A program made the position numbers and the translations under genes. A stretch of DNA of 63,211 bases, filler included, from Reclinomonas americana ATCC 50394 (taxonomy: Eukaryota): assembly GCA_048213135.1 (NCBI GenBank). It is 56 parts of 56 records of this genome, joined end to end, with 100 filler letters (N's around TTAATTAATTAA, not from the genome) between each part and the next. Parts side by side here need not be neighbours in the genome. Positions count along the whole stretch, not along the records: positions 1 to 1,036 come from AFZH01026745.1; positions 1,137 to 2,172 come from AFZH01026746.1; positions 2,273 to 3,308 come from AFZH01026747.1; positions 3,409 to 4,444 come from AFZH01026748.1; positions 4,545 to 5,577 come from AFZH01026749.1; positions 5,678 to 6,712 come from AFZH01026750.1; positions 6,813 to 7,846 come from AFZH01026751.1; positions 7,947 to 8,980 come from AFZH01026752.1; 48 more parts are not named here. The stretch is one strand, 5' to 3'. Positions within the stretch are counted from its first letter, which is position 1, and the number at the start of each line of letters is the position of its first letter. Shown one piece after another: positions 1 to 12,923 of this stretch. Under the pieces are notes generated by a model. The model had not been told where the DNA came from. It saw nothing but the letters and a program-made list of their open reading frames with translations, and made no database searches.

Positions 1-967
1 GCCCCCTCTCATCTGTGTTCAACAACAAAACAGTACCGCCGGCGATGAACCGCATGGAGGCTATGCTTGGCGCCCGCGCTGCCTCGCCCGTGGAGCATCT
101 CATGCTCTCTTTCCGCAGCGCAGTCAACCAGCGTGTGATCGCCGCCGGCCGTGTGTCGCCCACCGTGGTCATGGGTCAGCAGCGCTCGCCTCGTCACCTG
201 GAGTCGGCGGCCGGTGCGGCCGAGTCAGTGGCCACCGATCGCCTGTTTGCGGCCGAGTTTGACGGTCTGGATGCTCCGCTTGACATGTCGTTTGACGAGG
301 AGCTCGATCCACTGTACGCCGCCGTGGCGGAGCTGGTGGTGCAGGAGTTGGTCGACTCGCAGACGCGTGCCACTGCAGCTGCAGTGCTGCACGACTCGCG
401 CCACCGTCAGGCCACACATATGTGTCGTGAGATGGTGTTTGAGAGTGTCGGATCGGCCATTATTCTGCGTCACAGCCGCTCGCGCGAGGTTGCTCTCGAT
501 GTAGTCCAGCAGCTGATTGAGGCGGCGGTGGTGCCACAAGTGCGCCAGCGCCCAGTGGCCACCATCGAAACGTGGACCAACCGTCTCTTGCATCAGCTGG
601 TGGACCGCTCATTGCGTCAGTCGGCAAAGTTTCGTGCCGAGTGCCGAGCGTACGCCGAGGTGCGCCGAAAGGAGTTCGACGCCGAGGATTTGGAGTTTGT
701 GGAGGAGGATTGTGTGCCCGCCGATGGTGAGACACCACGAGTGCGGCCCGGCAGCAACCTCGGCAGCGAGGGTGACATGGATGAGGAGGTCTGGGAGTCG
801 CTGGCTCCCACCCCACGAACACCACGCCAGCAGACGCGCCCACCGCGCGTTGCCGCGCTTGACACGGTGGCGTCGGGTGACGACCAAGACGAACGCTCAT
901 TGCTACCGAAAGTCGACCACAGCGTTTATTTCGCGCAGCCGTCGCCACGTCGTGCGGTCGCTGGTGG
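1..967 (+). CDS. Hypothetical eukaryotic protein, internal exon fragment (haplotype A)
   Basis: Long open frame; differences from the near-identical contig 2 are mostly synonymous. A probable intron follows (GTTCGT ... GCTCAC ... CAG, about 968-1027). Confidence 0.7.
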
Positions 968-1036
968 TTCGTTTGTCTCGTCACCACCGATAGCTTTCAT
1001 TGCAATAGCTCACCTCTGCGTGCACAGGAGCGATTT

Positions 1037-1136
1037 NNNNNNNNNNNNNNNNNNNNNNNNNNNNNNNNNNNNNNNNNNNNTTAATTAATTAANNNNNNNN
1101 NNNNNNNNNNNNNNNNNNNNNNNNNNNNNNNNNNNN
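1037..1136. other. Artificial contig spacer N44-TTAATTAATTAA-N44 (first of 55, recurring about every 1.13 kb to 62186)
   Basis: Identical 100-nt block between every contig; the palindromic 12-mer gives stops in all six frames. ORF ends of the form XXXX-LIN come from it. Confidence 0.99.
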
Positions 1137-2103
1137 GCCCCCTCTCATCTGTGTTCAACAACAAAACAGTACCGCCGGCGATGAACCGCATGGAGGCTAT
1201 GCTTGGCACTCGCGCTGCCTCACCCGTGGAGCATCTCATGCTCTCTTTCCGCAGCGCTGTCAACCAGCGTGTGATCGCCGCCGGCCGTGTGTCGCCCACC
1301 ATGGTCATGGGTCAGCAGCGCTCACCTCGTCACCTGGAGTCGGCGGCCGGTGCGGCCGAGTCAGTGGCCACTGATCGCCTGTTTGCGGCCGAGTTTGACG
1401 GTCTGGATGCTCCGCTTGACATGTCGTTTGACGAGGAGCTCGATCCACTGTACGCCGCCGTGGCGGAGCTGGTGGTGCAGGAGTTGGTCGACTCGCAGAC
1501 GCGTGCGACGGCAGCCGCAGTGCTGCACGACTCGCGCCACCGTCAGGCCACACACATGTGTCGCGAGATGGTGTTTGAGAGTGTCGGATCGGCCATTATT
1601 CTGCGTCACAGCCGCTCGCGCGAGGTTGCTCTCGATGTAGTCCAGCAGCTGATTGAGGCGGCGGTGGTGCCACAAGTGCGCCAGCGCCCAGTGGCCACCA
1701 TCGAAACGTGGACCAACCGTCTCTTGCATCAGCTGGTGGACCGCTCATTGCGTCAGTCGGCACAGTTTCGTGCCGAGTGCCGAGCGTACGCCGAGGTGCG
1801 CCGAAAGGAGTTCGACGCCGAGGATTTGGAGTTCGTGGAGGAGGATTGTGTGCCTGCCGATGGTGAGACACCACGAGTGCGGCCCGGCAGCAACCTCGGC
1901 AGCGAGGGCGACATGGATGAGGAGGTCTGGGAATCGCTGGCTCCCACCCCACGAACGCCACGCCACCAGACGCGCCCACCGCGCGTTGCCGCGCTTGACA
2001 CGGTTGCGTCGGGTGACGACCAAGACGAACGCTCATTGCTACCGAAAGTCGACCACAGCGTTTATTTCGCGCAGCCGTCGCCACGTCGTGCTGTCGCTGG
2101 TGG
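1137..2103 (+). CDS. Same hypothetical protein, haplotype B
   Basis: Colinear with 1-1036, same ends, about 25 substitutions and no indels. Confidence 0.7.
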
Positions 2104-2272
2104 TTTGTTTGTCTCGTCACCACCGATAGTTTTCATTGCAATAGCTCACCCCTGCGTGCACAGGAGCGGTTTNNNNNNNNNNNNNNNNNNNNNNNNNNNN
2201 NNNNNNNNNNNNNNNNTTAATTAATTAANNNNNNNNNNNNNNNNNNNNNNNNNNNNNNNNNNNNNNNNNNNN

Positions 2273-3308
2273 CATTCCAGATTTCCGCTCCAAACGGTCG
2301 GGATTGTTTGCGCAAATCCGACAGCGCTTCGGCCTCGACAATCCCTCCGACATGTTCGACATTGGTTATTTCGAGATCAACCCGCAGCCGTTCTTCATGT
2401 TGGCGCGCGAGTTGTGGCCCGGCAAATTCCAGCCGACCATCACACACCACTTTCTCAAGTATCTGGAGGACAGCGGCAAGTTGCTGCGGTGCTACACGCA
2501 AAACATTGACTGCTTGGAGAACGAGGTCGGCCTGGAACGTGTGCTGCAGTGCCACGGCTCCTTCCACACCGCAACATGTCGACACTGCCACGAAAAGTAT
2601 GCGGCCAAGGATATTGAGGAGGCGGTGAAGCAACAGGTGCGTCGGATGTTGGTTTCAAGAGGGAGGGGGTTTTCAACTGACATGAGTGACTGCGCGCAGA
2701 ATGTGCCCATCTGTGCGCGTTGCAACGAAGGCGTGGTGAAGCCCGACATTGTGTTCTACGGCGAGGCGCTGCCGGCGTCGTTTTTCCACACAGTGGAGGA
2801 AGACATGCCAATGTGCGACCTGCTGATCGTGATTGGGTCGACACTCAAGGTCAATCCCGTGGCGGAGATCATTCGAAAGATTAATCCCACCATCCCGCAG
2901 ATTCTCATCAATCGCGAGGTGGTGGCCCCGCCTCATCAGTTCGACGTGCACCTGCTCGGTTACTGCGACAATGCCGTCAGTGCTCTGTGGAGAAGTCTGG
3001 ATCGCGAGAAATACGAAGCAGTGCGTCGTTTTTTGCTGATGTGAGTGTGTGAGTGTGTGTGTGATCGCGGAGGCCTCATGTTGTGGGCCGTTGCAGGTTT
3101 TGGATGCGCACCGCACCGAGTACTTGGCACGACGGGCCGCCAGTGCACCAGCAGCGGAGGCCACCGTCACGGCAGAGGCGGCGGCGACCACAGATGTCGC
3201 CAATGGTGGCGATGTCAAGATGGAGGATGCAGCACCGCGATTCCGCTCTCGTCGGTTAGCGGCGGCGGCCCAGCAAGCCGAAAAGGCCAGCGGGTACCCC
3301 GAGCCAAA
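2273..3308 (+). CDS. SIR2: Class I sirtuin (Sir2/SIRT1-like NAD-dependent deacetylase), partial, 2 introns
   Basis: Motifs FDIGYF..NPQPFF, YTQNID, QCHGSF, two CxxC pairs, KPDIVFYGE, IGSTLKV, LINRE. Introns 2637-2699 and 3021-3096 (both GTGCGT...CAG). Confidence 0.93.
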
Positions 3309-3474
3309 NNNNNNNNNNNNNNNNNNNNNNNNNNNNNNNNNNNNNNNNNNNNTTAATTAATTAANNNNNNNNNNNNNNNNNNNNNNNNNNNNNNNNNNNN
3401 NNNNNNNNGGTGCTGCGCGAGGAGCTTGCCGGCGGGCGTCAGCGCCTGACGGTGGCGAAGGTCAAGGCGGCGGC

Positions 3475-3894
3475 GTGAGCGAGGCAAGCCGGCCGATGCT
3501 GCATCACCTGTCGCTCGGAGTGAGCGATATCGCGCGTGCCGCCACCTTCTACGATGCCGTGCTCGCGCCGCTCGGCTATACGCGTGTCTGGAGCGACCTT
3601 CGGCCCGGCGAGGCCAATCAGGCCGTCGGATACGGTATTGCGGGTGGCGGCGACGCGTTGGCGCTGAAGCATCGCCCTGATGGACAGCGGCCGCCGGGAC
3701 CGGGCTTCCATGTCGCCTTCGCCGCCCCTGACCGGCAGGCCGTCGACGCGTTTCACCGCGCTGCGCTTCAGCATGGCGGGCGCGACAACGGCAGGCCGGG
3801 CCTGCGGGCGCATTACGGCCCGCATTACTATGCCGCTTTCGTCGTCGATCCCGACGGCCACAACATCGAAGCCGTGTTCAACGCGGCCATCTGA
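3475..3894 (+). CDS. Bacterial VOC/glyoxalase family protein
   Basis: HHLSLGVSD, FYDAVL, HVAFAA, G.DNG.PGLR..Y...YYAAFVVDPDGHNIEAV; intronless and high GC. GTG start overlaps an upstream stop (alternative ATG at 3496). Confidence 0.92.
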   Translation: MSEASRPMLHHLSLGVSDIARAATFYDAVLAPLGYTRVWSDLRPGEANQAVGYGIAGGGDALALKHRPDGQRPPGPGFHVAFAAPDRQAVDAFHRAALQHGGRDNGRPGLRAHYGPHYYAAFVVDPDGHNIEAVFNAAI

Positions 3895-3911
3895 CGGAAC
3901 TGGAGATTCCC

Positions 3912-4444
3912 TTGAGCAAGCGGGCGCGCGATTACGGCCTGGTCTGCGGCTCGCTGCCGCCGGGTCCGCTCAATGCTATCACCGATGTCGCCGGCGTTAC
4001 CGTCGGCCATTGCACGATCCGCGAGGTCGACATCCGCACCGGCTTCACCGCGGTGCTGCCGCATCCGGGCGACCTTTTCCGCGAGAAGGTGAGGGCCGGG
4101 GTCGAGGTGATCAACGGCTTCGGCAAGAGCGCCGGGCTGATGCAGCTCGCCGAGCTCGGCCAGATCGAGACGCCGCTCCTGCTCGGCAACACCTTCTCGG
4201 TCGCGGCCGGGATCGAGGCGCTGGTCGGTCGGGCGCTCGCCAATAATCCCGAGATCGGCCGCAGCACCGGCACGGTCAACTCGCTGGTGCTCGAATGCAA
4301 TGACGGCTTCCTCTCCGATATCCGGGCGCGGCGCCTGACGGTGGCCGACGCGGAAGCTGCGCTGGATGCTGCCAGCGGCGGATCGGTCGAAGAGGGCGCG
4401 GTCGGCGCCGGCACCGGCATGAGCGCCTTCGGCTTCAAGGGCGG
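3912..4444 (+). CDS. dmpA: Bacterial P1 family (DmpA-like) aminopeptidase, 5' partial
   Basis: GPLNAITDVAGVTVGH, NGFGKSAGL.Q..ELG.IETP, ECNDGFLSDIR, EGAVGAGTGM..FGFKG; GGAG ribosome-binding site upstream of a TTG start. Confidence 0.9.
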
Positions 4445-5490
4445 NNNNNNNNNNNNNNNNNNNNNNNNNNNNNNNNNNNNNNNNNNNNTTAATTAATTAA
4501 NNNNNNNNNNNNNNNNNNNNNNNNNNNNNNNNNNNNNNNNNNNNACAAAGGTGAGGAGGAGGAGAGAAAAGGGAGAGGGAGCGGCGCGGAACGAGGCGCA
4601 CCCGAAAAATGTCCTCGGAGAACGAGGCGAGAATCGGCTTGAGGCCTTCCTCGATCGGCACGAGATCGCTGTCTAGCAGCTGAGGTCCGTCGCCGGCAGT
4701 CACTGGGGTGAAGCGTAGAGGTGAGTGCCTTGAGGAGGTGAGAGACGGGTTCAACAAGAGAACACACACACCTGTCGTCTCCTCCTCCACCACGGCCGCC
4801 TCTGTGAGGAACGCGGTTCCGGTGGTGCTCCATCGGGGTGAGTCGGACACGTCAGTGCCGGGCGTTGTTCCCTGACGGAAGGGGTAAGACGGGGAAAGAG
4901 AGAGCGACGGCGAAGAGGAAAAGAAAGGACGGAAAGAAACGGAAGACAGTGTTGGAGCGGAAAATGCACAGTCAGTGTGTGTGCGCGAGAGAGGAGAGAT
5001 CGGCAGAGGGCGAGGGAGCCAGTGCGAGAGGTCGGAAGGAAAAAAAGGACGAACGAGAGGAAGCAAGAATGGGAAAGGGTTTGAGTGGTGCTTGCCTGAG
5101 AACAGCATGAGCGGAAACTCTCTCACTCTCTCAGTCAAGGGACGCCACGCAAACAAAGGAGAAAGGACAGAGAGGAGAGACGACAGAGACAATGACAGAC
5201 ACGGGGGATGTGGAAGGAAACAAGCAGAAGGACCAGAGAGAGAGAGAGAGAGAGAGGACAAAGACACGAGGCACAGACATAGGCAATGGCAGGCAGGAAG
5301 ACGTGGAAGGGAGATAGCGGAAGAACGTGAGTGAGATTAGAAAGACGAGAGGCTGAGGGAGAGAAGGCGAGAAAGAGAGAGAGGGAGAGAGAGAAAGGGA
5401 GAGAGAAGAGGCAAAGAAACGCGAGAGAGAGCGAGAGAGTCAGGGACAGAGATAGAGGCAACGGCAGAGAGAGATTGGGGAAGGAATTAG

Positions 5491-5499
5491 AGAGAGGGA

Positions 5500-5577
<78 letters not shown>
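5491..5577. repeat. (AG)n microsatellite, representative of many (AG/CT)n and (CA/TG)n tracts (e.g. 12491-12530, 30416-30487, 31733-31818, 50763-50808)
   Basis: Directly visible; these tracts often sit at contig ends and inside introns. Confidence 0.98.
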
Positions 5578-7039
5578 NNNNNNNNNNNNNNNNNNNNNNN
5601 NNNNNNNNNNNNNNNNNNNNNTTAATTAATTAANNNNNNNNNNNNNNNNNNNNNNNNNNNNNNNNNNNNNNNNNNNNGACATCTTCCTCTACGCAACCAC
5701 TTCACGTGTGTGGTCTAGATTGCGCCAAACCACCTTCGGTCGCACACCGACAAATTGGTCGCGGACCACGACAGGATGCGGCAGTCTGCGGGCAGTGGAT
5801 AACATTCGATCCAGTCCTGCAGCCAGCATGCACCGCCGTGCAAGTGAGGATTACGCAGCACAACGGGAGTGCTCCATTTCACACACTCACCATGGCACCA
5901 CCAGCAGTGTAGCTGGCGAATAACCGCAGCAGCCTCCTGCGCCTCAGGGCCGTCGGCTGAGTGGAACAGCAGGTCGGCGACCACCCACAACTTCCGGCCA
6001 TTGATCTCCGCCACAGCCATTTCGAAGCCGGTTCATCGAAATGGTGAGCTGTTTGTATGCTGACATGTTGCTCGTCTCTGCGAGACCATTCTCGAGCGTG
6101 AGCACCTCGAGCGTAAACACGGCTCATCACTACCCGCATAAGCGCACCTGGTGGCGTGAGACCAACGCACGGGAAGTAGCGGGATTTTCCAGAGCGCAGC
6201 TCATCGGCCGGCCGATTGACAATCGCCAGGTGCAATGCACCTGTTGGTCGCTGCGCGCGTGTGCTCAGTGACTCTGCATCAGCGTGACAACGAATACAGT
6301 CAGTGCACGCATGCTGCTGGCAACAAACAAAGTCCACATCACTCACCCTTGAGATCATCATAGTCTGTCTTTACAAACAATACCACCACTTCGCCCGCGC
6401 CGGCCTCTGCTGCCCTGACCTCCATTGTGTCATCATACTGCAACCAAGAGAATCATTCTCTCTTAGTCTTACAACTGCGAAATGAGCAGCCGAGAACAAC
6501 AGCAGCCTACCGTCAGCGCGACACCACTCTCAGTGCCGCGAATCTGATCGTCGGTGCATTGCACAAAGGCCATCTTGCCGCCGGCAACAACATTTGTCGG
6601 AATGACGCACAGCAATGGGACGCTGCGTGGACGATCGGCGGAAAGCATGTCCACATCGTTCCATCGGAACACTGGACTGGAAACTCGTCCGAGCACCGTC
6701 CCGGGATATCGANNNNNNNNNNNNNNNNNNNNNNNNNNNNNNNNNNNNNNNNNNNNTTAATTAATTAANNNNNNNNNNNNNNNNNNNNNNNNNNNNNNNN
6801 NNNNNNNNNNNNAGGGAGAGAGAGAGAGTCTGCGAGCTAATGAAGGAAGATATGAAGAAACCAAGTTGAGCTCAAATTCACACGCCCGCGCAAACGCGCG
6901 CGAAAAATGTTGTGCGGTGGCCCTCAGCAACGGCTATTTCTCGCGCGCAAGAAACAAAAGAAATGAAGAAGAGTGGACGAGAGGGTAGAGAGAGGGAGAG
7001 GAGAGAGAGAGGGAGAGAGTGGCCCCACACAAACGCAAC

Positions 7040-7133
7040 TGACAGGCACCGCGGCCGCCACCACGCCAGACATGGCCACCATGGCCAGCAACACCAGTGC
7101 GACAAGCACACTGCGCGTTGTCTTGTTGTTCAT
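7040..7133 (-). CDS. First exon of a secreted protein (signal peptide)
   Basis: MNNKTTRSVLVALVLLAMVAMSGVVAAAVPV has a basic N-terminus and hydrophobic core; followed by GTTGCGT and pyrimidine-rich intron-like sequence. Confidence 0.6.
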
Positions 7134-7946
7134 TGTTGACTGCTCCTTTGGTCAGACGCAAGCACTGCGGTGTAACACAGAAGCGCACGATGAGAGAGCA
7201 AACAAAAGAACGCGCGCAAAGAAGAGTGGCGTGACGCGCAGAAATGTCCCTCCCACCCCACTCGGCATCACCCCATGTTTACACGAACGGTGAGACAATG
7301 CATGCGTGTGTGTGCGGTCTGTGCCTCGTGCTGCAGTTTGCACGGCGTGTACTTCTGTATGTGTGATAGCATCATATCGAGAACCAGCAGGACTGTGTTT
7401 TGGCGGACAGAGACGCGGCCTCACCGACAGCAATACGTGAAACACGAGCAGAGAATAAGGACACCCGGGTTCGTCGCTGTGGTGAAACAAGGACGAGTGG
7501 GTGGGGGAGTGTTTGTCAGTGCTCCACCGACGAACAACAAAAGTTGAAGGGGGTGCGCGGCCAAAACTCGCGTTTTCAATTGTACCCCGTACCCCGATTT
7601 TTTGGCCGCGTCTGCACCCTGTTCCCCGTCTTTTTTCTCCGTCGTGTACCGCAACCTCCGCCCTTCCTCTTCGCGACTGCCGAAGGCTATTCACTGAAGT
7701 CGTACTGTCGACTTATCAACAAGGTGCATTGCCTCTTGGTGTCGATACTTTGAGCGCACGCAGCGCAGCTTCCCGGCAGTCTGTGGGCTACTTTGCGTGG
7801 TCGTGTGAGGCGGAGACTAAGGCGGAGTGCTCTTGCACGCAGCGAANNNNNNNNNNNNNNNNNNNNNNNNNNNNNNNNNNNNNNNNNNNNTTAATTAATT
7901 AANNNNNNNNNNNNNNNNNNNNNNNNNNNNNNNNNNNNNNNNNNNN

Positions 7947-8951
7947 CGGAATCGGTGGCGACGACATGAACTGCATTTGCTGCTCCCTGGGCGGCGGCCC
8001 TGGCCGTGGTGGCGGCGACGTCTGGAACACACTCGGCGGCGAGTTGCGCAACTGCGGTCGTTTTGGCGGCGTGTGTGACTGCCGCAACGAGGCCGGTGAG
8101 GGCGGGCCTTGCGCAGCGGCAGCGGCGGCCGCAGCGCGTAGTGGTGACGACAGGCGAGTGGGCGACTGTGACGGCTGGCGAGCCGGTGATGACAGGCGTT
8201 GCTGGCGCAGGCGTTCACGGGGCGACATCATTGGTGCGCGAATCGGCGAGCGGATGCGAGTGGGCGATGCCGGTGAACCGCCGCCACCACTGGACGGTGA
8301 TGCCGCGGCGCCGTTGCTTAGTCGCCGCGCACTGCCATTCTGAGCGGCCGTGGTGGTCGTCGCTGTTGCGGAGGTCGGAGAGGCGTAAGTGCCGGCGGCG
8401 CGTGTAGGAGAGGCGGGCGACCGCGGTGACGATTGTCGTTCTCGCCGTGGTGACGGGGCGTGTGTCCGTGGTGGTGGCGGCGCCGCGGCACCCTTTTCGA
8501 GTTCGTCCACCATTTCGCGGGTCGGGGTGGGAGTGTACCGTCGGAGGCGTGCTTCCCATTTCTGGAGAACACACAACAATGAGTAAGCCTTTTTTTCTCT
8601 AGCAAGTCTCTTCACGCTCACAGCTCACCTCCAACTGCTCCTTCATCGACAGCGGCCGCAGCTCTTGGTGCGTGGGATCAAAGGCCAGCGAGGGTCGCGG
8701 CGACAGCTCGTCCACCGGTCGCGGGGGCTTCCAGGCGGAGCGCGGCGAGGTGCCGGAGCGAGGCGATGAAATGTAGGTGCCCCAGGGGGGACGCGACGAG
8801 CCGCCCGACGAGGAGGCGAGGCTCTCGAGGGTTTCGGCGGAGCTGATGCGGAGGTGTTGTTGCCAGGTTTTGGTGAATTCGCTGTGTGGGTGGTACACGT
8901 CGGCGGTCTCCGGGATGGCAATGGCGCCTTTGACGGCGGCTTCGTGGGGGT
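7947..8951 (-). CDS. Ser/Pro-rich low-complexity hypothetical protein, partial, at least 1 intron
   Basis: Two open frames (KEQLE|KWEARLRR) joined by a GTGAGC...CAG intron near 8564-8627. Confidence 0.5.
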
Positions 8952-9080
8952 CCTGAAAGGGGGAAGGGAGGGAGAGGGGTNNNNNNNNNNNNNNNNNNNN
9001 NNNNNNNNNNNNNNNNNNNNNNNNTTAATTAATTAANNNNNNNNNNNNNNNNNNNNNNNNNNNNNNNNNNNNNNNNNNNN

Positions 9081-9247
9081 GCCGCTGGTCGGTGCGCGCC
9101 CATGAGCGCACGCTGATGCCGGGCGCCCAATTGCGCCACCAGCATCTCGAAGGCTGGTACCAGTACGATCCGGCCGTGCGCACCTGGCTCGACGGCTTCC
9201 TCGACCATTGGCTGAAAGCGCCGGCCGAGCAGGATTCCATCGCGTGA
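9081..9247 (+). CDS. C-terminus of a bacterial protein, probably class I glutamine amidotransferase-like
   Basis: Frame RWSVRAHERTLMPGAQ..QHLEGWYQYDPAVRTWLDGFLDHW ends at TGA 9245-9247, overlapping the next GTG (GTGA coupling). Confidence 0.55.
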
Positions 9248-10114
9248 CTCGCACTGTCGTCGTCATCGGCGCCGGCATGGTCGGCGTCTCCTGCGCGCTC
9301 GCCTTGCAGAAGCGCGGCCTCGCGGTCACGCTGATCGACCGGCGCGAACCCGGGCGCGAGACCTCCTACGGCAATGCCGGTGTGATCAGCCGCTCGTCGA
9401 TCATGCCGCTCAACAATCCCGGCCTGTGGAAGAACCTGCCGAAATATCTCGGCAACCGGCACGCGGCGGTGCGCTACCGGCTCGGCCATCTCCTCGCCAA
9501 TCCCGGCTGGATTCTCGGATTCCTCAACGAGGCCAAGCCGGAGCGGCTCGCTCCGCGGGTCATGGCGCTGGAGAGCCTGATCGCTCCCTCCCTGCCCCTG
9601 CACAAGCGGCTGATGACCGAGGCCGGCATCGCCTGGCGCCTTCGCGACACCGGCTTCCTCGAACTCTGGCGCAGCGAGGCCGGGCGGTCCGCCGCCGAGG
9701 CGCGCCGGACTTTCCTCGAGGATCACGACGTCCGCGTCGAGGCGCTCGACCGTCAGGCGCTGTCGGCGCTGGAGCCGAGCCTGAACCCGATCTTCTCGGC
9801 GGCGCTGCATCACAAGGACAGCGCCTCGGTCGACTGGCCGGGCGCCGTGGTCGAGGCCTACGCTGCCCTGTTTGCCGCCCGCGGCGGCACGATTCTGCGC
9901 GATGAAGTCACCTCGTTGTCCAAGCAGGGCGAGGGCTGGCGCGCGACCGCCAAGGGCGCCCAGCACGACGCCGATCTCGCGGTAGTCGCGCTCGGCCCAT
10001 GGAGCGCCGACCTGCTCAAGCCGCTCGGCCTCAAGGTGCCGCTCAATGTCGAGCGTGGCTATCACCGCCACTACAAGCCGGCGCAGGGGTGCTTCCTCAA
10101 CCGGCCGATCTACG
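9244..10114 (+). CDS. Bacterial FAD-dependent oxidoreductase (D-amino acid dehydrogenase DadA-like), 5' partial
   Basis: VVVIGAGMVG Rossmann motif, ETSYGNAGVI, VVALGPWS..LL..LG, ERGYH. Confidence 0.9.
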
Positions 10115-11699
10115 NNNNNNNNNNNNNNNNNNNNNNNNNNNNNNNNNNNNNNNNNNNNTTAATTAATTAANNNNNNNNNNNNNNNNNNNNNNNNNNNNNN
10201 NNNNNNNNNNNNNNGATGGAGAGGCACAGAGATGAAGGTGAAGTCACGATCAGCTGGAGGGGCAATCAGTTGGAGAGACGAGAGGCGTGTGCACACACCT
10301 GATGAGACAGTGATCACGAGCTGGAGGTGCAGAGAGGGGCAGAGTTGTCACTAATCAAAGGTGATAAAGAACACGCATTATGTGCACACGCACAGTCACA
10401 CGCCCATGTGGCAATGGATCTTGATCATGAGTGCCTTCGTGTGTACATGTGTCGATCCACAAACACGCACGCACGTCTGTGTGCACGTCAACGCAGCAGT
10501 GGTGTTCGCGCGCGAAATAAAGCAATCTTTTGTCCAACAAGTTGTTGATGCGGGACAAAGACACTGATCCTCACACACACTCCTGGCTCAGGCTGGCGTG
10601 GTTGCATCACTCCTGGTAGTGGCATCTCTCGCCATCACTGAAGTGTCTCCCAAGATGAGGAATCTTGTGGTGTGGGATGCGCAACAGAAAACAAGATCAC
10701 TCCGGATGGGCAACGATTCACAAAGTGTGGCACAAAAAACTCACACGACGCACATTGTGTGTCTGTAACCATCGACACTGATGTCCTTGTGTGTGGTGTG
10801 GTGTAAAAACCTTCTGAGAAATGCTGCACCCCGACAAAGTGTCTCATCAACAATGAGCAAAACAGGAAATTGATCCTTCGTGCGAGAGGAGGCATCAGAA
10901 GCACTCCATGAAACACATGCGCAGTTAATGAACGAAGACGCAGTCCATGTGGACGCAGCAAAGACACATCATTGTAAGATGTCGCTGGAGAGAGACGCAC
11001 AGCGAGCACGGTCTTTTACCCAAGTCAGTGACGGCGGCTTCAACACCGGAAAACTGAGGAGGTCTTGAGGGGCTAATAGTCAGCTTAATCATTGGCGGAT
11101 GGAGAGCGGAAAGAACTCGACTTCATCGTTTGGTGTTTGTTATGTTCCCGTTTGAGACACTCTTGACTTGGAAATTGTGTTCTGCTGACAGCCAGTCCAA
11201 TCCAGCACAGACTGTGGCCGAGACACACATCAAAATGATCGTCGTCACNNNNNNNNNNNNNNNNNNNNNNNNNNNNNNNNNNNNNNNNNNNNTTAATTAA
11301 TTAANNNNNNNNNNNNNNNNNNNNNNNNNNNNNNNNNNNNNNNNNNNNTGAGAACAAAAAGAAAGAGAAAGAGAGTCGGGGGAGAGAGAGGGGAAGTCGG
11401 TTGAAGGAGAGTGATCGAGAGGAGACGCCACTTGGGAAGGTAGTGCAGCACTCGCTTCTTCACAAAATCGCTCGCTTGGTCCCGCTCGTTATTCTCTACT
11501 AGACACGGAAGCGCATGATCTGTCGTCCTCAATCTCTTGTGCCACAGATCTCACGCTTCCCAACTCCTGTTGACTGTCTTCTCCCTGTCTCTCTGGTTCT
11601 TACTCTATCGCTCCATGCAACAGCTTCTGTTGCTCAATCAACATACCATCGCCAACTCCCGGTACGACGGCAGCGAGTTGCGCGTTTCGCTGACCATGA

Positions 11700-12286
11700 T
11701 CATGTCGCTTCCGACACAGAACCAGCATTGATCGCGCCACCGACAAAATCACCGGTCCAGCAAGCACGAGACCAACCACAGCCAACACAGCGATACTGGC
11801 GTAGACTTTGAAGGGCGATGAGACACGCGAGGCAAACAGGGTGGAGATGATGATGAGACCGGTGAGACCAACGGCCTGAAGCACAGTAAAAAGTTGAGTA
11901 CAGGGCGTGAAGAACGGTGTGAATGCAGCTGTTCCCCACCTCCAACACATTATTCCACATGTTTTCGTATGGGAGTACAGCCAGATGGACAGCAAGGAAA
12001 CCGATGCAGATGAGCCACAAGGCAAGTGGCAATGCGTCAAGCATGTTCGCGGCGGCCAGTGGGAACAGGACGGCAAGCAACATGAGACGACGCGAGAGCT
12101 GGTATGCTGTGCGCGAAAGTTTGTCAGAATCGTTGACTGTTTCTCTTCTGCAACAAGTCCGCTCCTGCCGAGACATGCGCAGAGTGCTTTGCCTTTCTCT
12201 AACATTGGGCAATGCGTACCGTAAAACCACACTACCGGTCGCCGGAAGTGGTGGTACAAAATGCCGAAGCGAAGACGAACCTGCAC
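11700..12286 (-). CDS. Multi-pass membrane protein C-terminal region (protist TRP-like transmembrane domain), intron-containing
   Basis: RFGILYHHFR..VWFY followed by hydrophobic helices and LPYENMWNNVLE; GTACGC donor after WFY. Confidence 0.5.
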
Positions 12287-12487
12287 AAGCTGACATGTGA
12301 GCCGAGCTGCTTAAAGGATGACTAACGACAAGCAGGTACCCAGATCGGCAGCAGAGAAAAGCATAATTGGAAATGACACATANNNNNNNNNNNNNNNNNN
12401 NNNNNNNNNNNNNNNNNNNNNNNNNNTTAATTAATTAANNNNNNNNNNNNNNNNNNNNNNNNNNNNNNNNNNNNNNNNNNNNCGTAC

Positions 12488-12538
<51 letters not shown>

Positions 12539-12923
12539 ACTTCGCAGCGTGCGCATGCATCACACTTTGACTTTTTCTCGCTTTTTTTCGTGATGTCTGA
12601 GTTTCTGGTGCTCACTTAAGATGGTGATCATCATGCAGCTGTATTGCTGTTTGGATTAGTAAAGTTGTTGTTTTTGTTGTTTGCTGTACGCGTACTGGGA
12701 TACAAAATTGTATCTGGCCGCGGTTTTGCTCCAATATTTCACAAATTCAAAATTCCAGCACCTTGCGGTTCCAACCCCGCGGTCGCGATACACGGGTGCG
12801 CTACTCAGCCTCCGCTGTAAAGCGTAACACTGTCAGCTCCATGCACTTCATGCCATTCATCACCACGAAATTTCATTTTCATCCGTTGCACACTCATTCA
12901 TTGCACGCGAGGAGAAGAAGAGA

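Noticed and set aside
1081..1092. Regularly spaced TTAATTAATTAA as a CRISPR-like or biological repeat
   Set aside because: Always flanked by 44 Ns on each side; it is a concatenation linker.
2003..2009. GTTGCGT in contig 2 as another shifted donor
   Set aside because: It lies within a continuous coding frame, and the other haplotype has a synonymous GTGGCGT.
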